Positions 58,315-64,000 of a stretch of 64,000 bases of DNA are shown here, piece after piece. The DNA is taken from assembly GCA_963727445.1 (NCBI GenBank), contig CAVSGI010000006.1, positions 128,001 to 192,000 on the forward strand, given 5' to 3'. Below the pieces are notes generated by a model that was not told the DNA's origin, searched no databases, and was given only the letters and a program-made list of their open reading frames with translations. Each line of letters starts with the position of its first letter. Within the stretch, counting starts at the first letter, position 1. This DNA comes from an uncultured delta proteobacterium (lineage in GTDB: Bacteria; Myxococcota_A; Polyangia; Polyangiales; B10-G4). A program made the position numbers and the translations under genes.

Positions 58315-61300
58315 TCAGGGCGAAGGATTTGCAATCGCGCCCACGTGAGCCAAGGTGGCGCTCCGCGGAACGAGAAGTGCGTGATCGACCCACACGGGCG
58401 CCTCGGCGCTCAGCCGAAGTGTGACGCCCGGCCGAAGGGCGGCCCTGCTCACTTCCAGGCGGTGCTCCGTCGGTTCACTGTCGACTTCGAGCGCCCCGAG
58501 CGATGTGTCTCCGAGCGCGAGCTCGACCGCGATCGGCTCGGCCCCTTCGGTGCGTGCCAATCGCGTAATCAGGATTGCACCGTCCACGCCTTCGGTGATC
58601 GTCTCGGGCAGCGCCAGCGCCATCGTGGCCTCGCCATCGACCGTGCATCGGGTGCGCCCCGCGAAATGGTAAGGATCATCGAGGCTGTCGGCGGTGCAGT
58701 CGGACACGCCCGAGAGGCCTGCGATCTCGGGGCCGACGTCGGTCCCGCCGACGGCGCCGCGCCCGATCGCGTCGAGGCGTACGAGCGACTCCGCGGTGGA
58801 GCGCAGGTCCGGCTCGTTCGCCAAGAGAGGCACGAGGCGCGGGATGGCCTCGGGCGCGCCGAGACGTCCGAGGGCACGCACCGTCGCATCGCGGATGTTG
58901 GCGTGATCCTCGGTGTCGAGGATCGACAGGAGGAGCGGCAGGGCGCGCGCGTCGCCGAGCTGCCCGAGGGCGAGGGCGGCGGGGCGTCGGGTGCGGAAGT
59001 CGGGGAGCAGCGCCGCGAGGGGCGCGAGCTGCGCTTCGCCGCCGAGCTCGCCGAGATGTCGGATCGCCTCATTGCGCTCGCGCCGGCTCGGTGCGTCGCG
59101 GGCCGCGGCGGGCAGTGCGGGTAGGGCGCGGGCGTCGCCGAGGCGGGCCAGGGCGATGGCGGCGCGACCGCGGGCGGGCGGCGGGAGCTGATCCTCCGCG
59201 AGGAGCGTGGCGAGGGGCTCGGCCGCGCGCGCGTCGTAGAGGCGCCCGAGGGCGATGGCGGCTTCGGCGCGGACCTCTGGATTCGGGTCGACCAGCGCGG
59301 TGTGGAGCGGGCTCTTCGCCTCGTGCTCGCCGAGGACACCGAGGAGCCGGGCGGCTTCGGCGCGCACCGTCGGCTCCGCCTCCCCGTCGGCGAGCAGAGC
59401 GATGAGTGGAGCCACTGCACGCGGGTCGCCGAGGCGCCCCCGAAGGAGCGCGAGCGCGCCGGGGTCCGTCTCCTCCCCCGTGTCGGGCGGGTGGGCGAGG
59501 GAGTCGAGCCAGGCGAAGATCTCGCCTTCCAAGTCCTCCTTGAGCACGGGCTCGCGCGCCGCGAGGTTGTCGCGCTCGCGCGGATCCCCTTCGAGGTCGA
59601 AGAGCTCGAAGACGCCGAAGCGCAGGTTGGCGATGAGCTTGTGCCGGCCGCGCACCACCATGCGCCGGGGCCCGACCCCCGCGAACGCCGGTCCGGCTTC
59701 GGTCGCGTCGTCGCTGAGGAGGCTCCGCAGATCATCGCCTCGCATCGTTGGCGGCGTGGGCGCACCGAGGGCGCCGAGGAGCGTCGGCGCGAGGTCCACG
59801 AGCTCCACCGGCGCTGACACGCGCCGCGGCGCGAGCCCCGGTGCGCGAATCATCAGGGGCACGCGGATCTGTTCTTCGTAGAGCGTGAAGCCGTGATAGA
59901 CGCCGCCGTGCTCGCGGAACTCTTCGCCGTGATCGGCGGACACCACCACGATCAGCTCACCAGCGAAGATCTCCTCCGCCGCTTCGAGCAGCCGAGCGAT
60001 CGCCGCGTCCACCTTCGCGATCTCCGAATCGTAGCGATCGACGTCGGTGCGACCGAAGCGCGTGGCCTGGTAGGGCTCGTGAACGTCGAAGTAGTGCACC
60101 CAGGTGAAGCTCGGAGGCTCACCTGCGCGGCCGATCTCGTGGAGCTCCTCGATGGCCGCGTCGGTCTTGGCCTCGGCCTCGAGGTCGCGGGTGTCGACGT
60201 GCTCGAAGCGGAAGTGGTTGTCCGCGTAAGGCCGAAGGCGCTCGCCTTCGGTGTGGAAGATGCCCATCGGGAAGAGCGCCGACGTTCGGTAGCGGGCCTC
60301 CGCGAGGGCGCTCGCGAGGGTCGACTCGGGGAGCGGAGCACCCGCGTGGGTGGATTCGTGAAGGTACTCGCTGGTCATCACCGATGAGAGCGAGTAGCTG
60401 GAGTGAGGCGCCTGCGCGTACGCGCGGTCGAAGACGACCGCTTCTTCGGCGAAGTCGTCGAGGTGCGGGGAGGTGGGCCTGTCGTACCCGTAGAGCCCGA
60501 GGTGATCGGGGCGCAGCGCGTCGATGGTGATGAGGAGGGTGTGAGCGCCCGCCCAGGTGGGAAGCCCCTCGCGGCTCATCGCCGCGCGACGCTGCGCTTG
60601 GGCGCGCCGCGCTCGCGCGATGGCGTCCTCGGGAGCGCGATCGGCCGGCGACAGGAGCGGGCCGATGGCGAGCATCGCGGAGCGAACGTGGCTTGCGCGC
60701 GGATCGAGGAGGGTGGCGCGCACGGTGGGCGAGGCACCGAGGGTCGAGAGGTTCGCGATCAGGGCGGCGCCGAGGAGCGCGACGACGGCGGAGACGGGGC
60801 GCGCACCGACGCGCGTCGGCACGAGGATGTCGGCGACCATCCAGCAGAAGCCGAAGGCGGCGGCCGTGAGGCACGCGTGGAGGTAATCGTAGAGGGCGGG
60901 GTAGAGCACCTCGTCGGCGCGGCTCGCCGCGGCGGCCGCGGTGAGGGAGAGGATGGCGACGAGGGCGGCGCGCCTGGGCGAGGTCGCGAAGCGACTCGCG
61001 GCGGCACCGACCCGAAGCGCGCCGAAGGTGCCGACGGCGAGGAAGAGAAAGGCGCAGACGATGAAGAGCGGGCGCAGGGCGAGCTCGGAAGCGGCGGGCC
61101 CGCTGAAGAGGAGCCAGGCGACGAGCGCCATCGCGGGTGAGAGCACCAGGGTGAGGGGGAGCGGGCCGTAGCGGCGTCGGGCCTTCAGGGCGTCGCGTCC
61201 CCGGTCGAGCGCCCGCGCTTCGATGCGAGCGAGCGCCCAGGTGTGGAAGGGCGCGAGGATGGCGCCCGCCGCGGCGCCCAGGGGGGCGACGAGCAGGACG

Positions 61301-61476
61301 GTGCGCACGAGAAGCTCGACGCGCTCGACGTCGGTCGTGAGTAGCTGCGCGGTGCCGAGGGTGTCGAAGACGCCGAGGAGGGCGCCCGCCAGCGCCCCGC
61401 GAAGCGCCCCGGTCAGGGCGGCCACGAGGGGTGGGCTCGTCACGGGCGTCCGCCCTTTGCGCGCGTTGTCGCTCAC
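58315..61476 (-). CDS. Membrane-anchored sulfatase/alkaline phosphatase superfamily hydrolase with C-terminal HEAT repeats
   Basis: TM N-terminus; LITIDALRPDHL..YGY..TSP.LD, WVHYFDVHEPY, SADHGEEF.EHG...HG; repeats of VRAEAA..LG.L. Confidence 0.85.
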   Translation of the reverse strand: MSDNARKGRTPVTSPPLVAALTGALRGALAGALLGVFDTLGTAQLLTTDVERVELLVRTVLLVAPLGAAAGAILAPFHTWALARIEARALDRGRDALKARRRYGPLPLTLVLSPAMALVAWLLFSGPAASELALRPLFIVCAFLFLAVGTFGALRVGAAASRFATSPRRAALVAILSLTAAAAASRADEVLYPALYDYLHACLTAAAFGFCWMVADILVPTRVGARPVSAVVALLGAALIANLSTLGASPTVRATLLDPRASHVRSAMLAIGPLLSPADRAPEDAIARARRAQAQRRAAMSREGLPTWAGAHTLLITIDALRPDHLGLYGYDRPTSPHLDDFAEEAVVFDRAYAQAPHSSYSLSSVMTSEYLHESTHAGAPLPESTLASALAEARYRTSALFPMGIFHTEGERLRPYADNHFRFEHVDTRDLEAEAKTDAAIEELHEIGRAGEPPSFTWVHYFDVHEPYQATRFGRTDVDRYDSEIAKVDAAIARLLEAAEEIFAGELIVVVSADHGEEFREHGGVYHGFTLYEEQIRVPLMIRAPGLAPRRVSAPVELVDLAPTLLGALGAPTPPTMRGDDLRSLLSDDATEAGPAFAGVGPRRMVVRGRHKLIANLRFGVFELFDLEGDPRERDNLAAREPVLKEDLEGEIFAWLDSLAHPPDTGEETDPGALALLRGRLGDPRAVAPLIALLADGEAEPTVRAEAARLLGVLGEHEAKSPLHTALVDPNPEVRAEAAIALGRLYDARAAEPLATLLAEDQLPPPARGRAAIALARLGDARALPALPAAARDAPSRRERNEAIRHLGELGGEAQLAPLAALLPDFRTRRPAALALGQLGDARALPLLLSILDTEDHANIRDATVRALGRLGAPEAIPRLVPLLANEPDLRSTAESLVRLDAIGRGAVGGTDVGPEIAGLSGVSDCTADSLDDPYHFAGRTRCTVDGEATMALALPETITEGVDGAILITRLARTEGAEPIAVELALGDTSLGALEVDSEPTEHRLEVSRAALRPGVTLRLSAEAPVWVDHALLVPRSATLAHVGAIANPSP

Positions 61477-61562
61477 CGCTCGATGGGACCGCTATCCCAG
61501 CGGGTGGTCAAAAACGAGGGGATGGGCCCGGGCCTTTGGCCGGGTCGACCCCTCAAAACAGG

Positions 61563-61588
61563 TTCGCCCTTGCAGAACAAGGGCGAAT
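61563..61588 (-). terminator. Hairpin immediately downstream of tRNA-Cys
   Basis: ttcgcccttg-cagaa-caagggcgaa perfect 10-bp stem. Confidence 0.55.
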
Positions 61589-61591
61589 CGT

Positions 61592-61666
61592 TGGAGGCGC
61601 CGACCAGATTCGAACTGGTGAATGGAGGTTTTGCAAACCTCTGCCTTACCACTTGGCCACGGCGCC
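61592..61666 (-). tRNA. tRNA-Cys (GCA)
   Basis: Reverse complement GGCGCCGTGGCCAAGTGGTAAGGCAGAGGTTTGCAAAACCTCCATTCACCAGTTCGAATCTGGTCGGCGCCTCCA: acceptor stem, GCA anticodon, TTCGAAT loop and CCA end. Confidence 0.97.
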
Positions 61667-61783
61667 AGAGCTCGTGAGGGAGGCTATCTAACCAACCCGC
61701 GCGGGGTTGTCCACCCGATGCGCGGGGGGCCGGGATGCGCGCGGCTCCCGGCTCCGAAAGTTGAAAAGTGTAGACCGTCCCCG

Positions 61784-62203
61784 TCACTTCTTTCGGGAGC
61801 GGCGCTTTTTGGCGCCTAGGTCGATGCCGAGCATCTTCCAGGCCTCGGGTCGAAAGCCGTAGGCTTCCTGGGTGCGGCGGGCGGCGTCCATGACCTCGTC
61901 GTTCAGGTCGCTCTTGCGGGGCTTGACCCCTTGCTTCCGGAGGGACGACAGGCTCTCGCCAATGCCCAAGAGCTCGTCGGTGTGGGTCACCACCTCGATG
62001 GGCTTGAGGGGCTTTCCGCGGCGCCCGTCCTTGAGCTCCTTGATGAGCCGCTTGCGACGCTTCTCCGTGCGACCGTCGAGCTTCTTGTCGCTCCCCGCCC
62101 CGAGGAGCGTGTTGAGTTGGCGCGCAGTGCGCCGTTTTTCCACGGCTTGCGGGCTGCCGCGTCCGGCTGCCGGCTTTGCGGCGCTGCGTTTCTTGGTTGC
62201 CAT
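61784..62203 (-). CDS. Small highly basic hypothetical protein
   Basis: MATKKRSAAKPAAGRGSPQAVEKRR...; RBS aaaggag upstream. Confidence 0.7.
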   Translation of the reverse strand: MATKKRSAAKPAAGRGSPQAVEKRRTARQLNTLLGAGSDKKLDGRTEKRRKRLIKELKDGRRGKPLKPIEVVTHTDELLGIGESLSSLRKQGVKPRKSDLNDEVMDAARRTQEAYGFRPEAWKMLGIDLGAKKRRSRKK

Positions 62204-62330
62204 CGTTTCGATTTTCTCCTTTGAGCCGTGCGCATATATCACATTTGTTCGCGGGGCACTCCCCCGGGGGCCACCGAGGGGCTCGCCCGCGGGTGGAAGC
62301 CTCGCGCTTTTGGTGTCATGCTCCGCCGCC

Positions 62331-63182
62331 ATGACGTCCACGCAGGCGGAAATCGACGAGTCCTACAGCGTCTCCAACGACTTCTTCAAGCTCTGGCTCG
62401 ACGAGGGAATGCACTACACCTCGGCCAGCTTTTTGACGGGCGACGAGTCTCTCGAGCAGGCGCAATGGCAGAAGTGCAAGATCCTCTACGACTACGCCGA
62501 GATGACGCCGGACAAGCTCGTCCTGGACATCGGCTGCGGCTGGGGCTCGAACCTCGAGTACCTCTCGAGCCAGGGCACGAAGCGGTCGCATGGAGTGACG
62601 CTTTCGACGGCGCAGGCCGATTGGATCAATGCGCGTAACCTGCCCGGCGTGAAGGTGTGGCTGAAGGACTTCTTCGAGTTCGAGCCGGAGGAGAAGTACG
62701 ACGCCCTCATCTCCATCGAGATGGTGGACCACGTCTGCTCCCCCGAGCAGTCCCGCAAGGGGATGGCCATCGACCTCTACCGCAACTACTTCAAGCGTTG
62801 CGCGGACATGGTGAAGCCCGGCTCGAGCTTCGGCTTTCAGGCCATCCTCCGCAATCGCGTGCCCCGCACCCGCAAGGACCTCGAGGACCTGGCCTTCACC
62901 GCGGACGTGATCTTCCCCGGGGGCCTCAACCCCCGTCTCGAGGAGCTCGTCGCCGCGGTGAACCCCTATTGGGAGATCGAAGAGCTCCGCACCCAGCGCA
63001 CGAGCTACGGCAGGACCACCGGCGAGTGGCTCCGCAAGCTTCGCCTCCACGAGGCCACCATCCGCGAAAAGTGGGGCGACCGCGTCTTCGAGGACTACGA
63101 GCGCTATTTGGACACCTGCGTCCGGGCCTTCGACGCCCATTGGTCCTCGGACGTCCAGATGAAGCTCAAGCACATCGCCTGA
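62331..63182 (+). CDS. CMAS-family SAM-dependent lipid methyltransferase (cyclopropane/mycolic acid methyltransferase-like)
   Basis: Y.VSNDFFKLWLD..M.Y..A, LEQAQ..K, VLDIGCGWG, GVTLS..Q, IFPGG, Y..T...W. Confidence 0.9.
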   Translation: MTSTQAEIDESYSVSNDFFKLWLDEGMHYTSASFLTGDESLEQAQWQKCKILYDYAEMTPDKLVLDIGCGWGSNLEYLSSQGTKRSHGVTLSTAQADWINARNLPGVKVWLKDFFEFEPEEKYDALISIEMVDHVCSPEQSRKGMAIDLYRNYFKRCADMVKPGSSFGFQAILRNRVPRTRKDLEDLAFTADVIFPGGLNPRLEELVAAVNPYWEIEELRTQRTSYGRTTGEWLRKLRLHEATIREKWGDRVFEDYERYLDTCVRAFDAHWSSDVQMKLKHIA

Positions 63183-63338
63183 GCGGCCGATCCGGGGGCC
63201 AGCGCCCACCGGGGCTTCTTCAGGCCGGGGGTGGCGTCCCCCAGCGCGCTTCGGAAAAGCGAGCGATCTTCCGGGCTCGCCCGCGGGACGATTCTTGCTG
63301 TCTCTGGTGTCGTGCGCTCCGCGGACGACACGCGACCG

Positions 63339-63623
63339 ATGCCCCACGCCCGGTATTTCGATGATGGGCTGACCACCGAGCGTGTCGACCTGCCTCCCGC
63401 AATCGAGGACGATTTCGCCGAGGACGTCTGGACCAGCAAGCTCTTGAACGAGGCCGAGAGCAAGGCCAAGGCGGGGCGGCTCCTCGAAGCCGTCGACCTC
63501 GTCGAGCTGGTGCTCACGATGGAGCCGAGGAACGACATCGCCCGTGCTCGACTCCATGGTCTGACGCACCGGCTGATCAGCCGTCCGAAGCGCGGCGACG
63601 AGACCATCCGACTCGGCCATTGA
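63339..63623 (+). CDS. Small hypothetical protein with single TPR-like motif
   Basis: AGRLLEAVDLVELVLTMEPRNDIA; start uncertain. Confidence 0.45.
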   Translation: MPHARYFDDGLTTERVDLPPAIEDDFAEDVWTSKLLNEAESKAKAGRLLEAVDLVELVLTMEPRNDIARARLHGLTHRLISRPKRGDETIRLGH

Positions 63624-63736
63624 GCCGGGGAAGCGGAGCGCCGCTGGAGCGCGGCAGCGCGCGGATGCGGGGCGGAGCGTAGACCGGGCGTAGCCGGGAG
63701 TGACGTTTCACGCGGTCACGTGTTAAGACGACTGCC

Positions 63737-64000
63737 ATGAGCAGCCAGGACAGCTTCAAGAGTCGCGCGACCCTCAACATCGGTGATCGCCAGATCGACG
63801 TCTTCCGCCTCGACGCACTCACCAAGGCCGGCATCGGTGACGTCGCGACGCTCCCCTATTCGATCCGCATCCTCCTCGAGAACCTCTTGCGCTTCGAGGA
63901 TGGCAACACCGTCACGCGTTCGGACATCGAGGCCGTGGCCAAGTGGGATCCGAAGGCCAAGCCGAGCGTCGAGATCGCCTTCAGACCCTCACGCGTGCTC
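63737..64000 (+). CDS. acnA: Aconitate hydratase AcnA, N-terminal part; runs off window edge
   Basis: Manual translation MSSQDSFKSRATL...LPYSIRILLENLLRFEDG...EIAFRPSRVL. Confidence 0.93.
   Translation, partial: MSSQDSFKSRATLNIGDRQIDVFRLDALTKAGIGDVATLPYSIRILLENLLRFEDGNTVTRSDIEAVAKWDPKAKPSVEIAFRPSRVL

Noticed and set aside
61480..61700. tRNA-Cys as an island integration site
   Set aside because: No integrase, no duplicated tRNA 3' end seen, and no evident compositional shift in the flanks.
61706..61716. ttgtccacc as a DnaA box near tRNA-Cys
   Set aside because: Two mismatches and isolated; more likely part of the tRNA promoter.

Overview
Very GC-rich (roughly 70% by eye) bacterial chromosomal segment. 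The gene content points to a myxobacterium of the Polyangiales/Sandaracinaceae type (inference): four Hanks-type Ser/Thr kinases, several Cys-rich MopE/Stig1-repeat lipoproteins, and TPR/PEGA proteins. Core genes include mutL-miaA, mutS2, sppA, lgt, a Leu/Phe/Val dehydrogenase, eno, ybeY, HU, the rimP-nusA-ylxR/L7Ae-infB-ylxP-rbfA-nrnA-truB operon, tRNA-Cys and the start of acnA. About 15 single-base frameshifts break seven otherwise intact genes and are most likely long-read or assembly errors. I found no CRISPR array, rRNA, transposase, integrase or prophage. The most notable observations are: (1) two unrelated ~165-170 bp CTAG-bounded hairpin elements that each supply a gene's TAG stop codon; (2) a PEGA kinase translationally coupled to a DUF2723 GT-C/flippase/acetyltransferase/GT2 glycosylation cassette; (3) a TPR + Cys-rich lipoprotein + PEGA kinase module; (4) TatT/TatP TRAP-binding genes without a permease, followed by a multi-TM kinase; (5) a catalytically degenerate biotin carboxylase; (6) two perfect DnaA boxes upstream of HU; (7) an SppA with an N-terminal beta-barrel-like domain; (8) an MmaA4-like lipid methyltransferase. 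All family assignments are from motif recognition by eye, not database searches.
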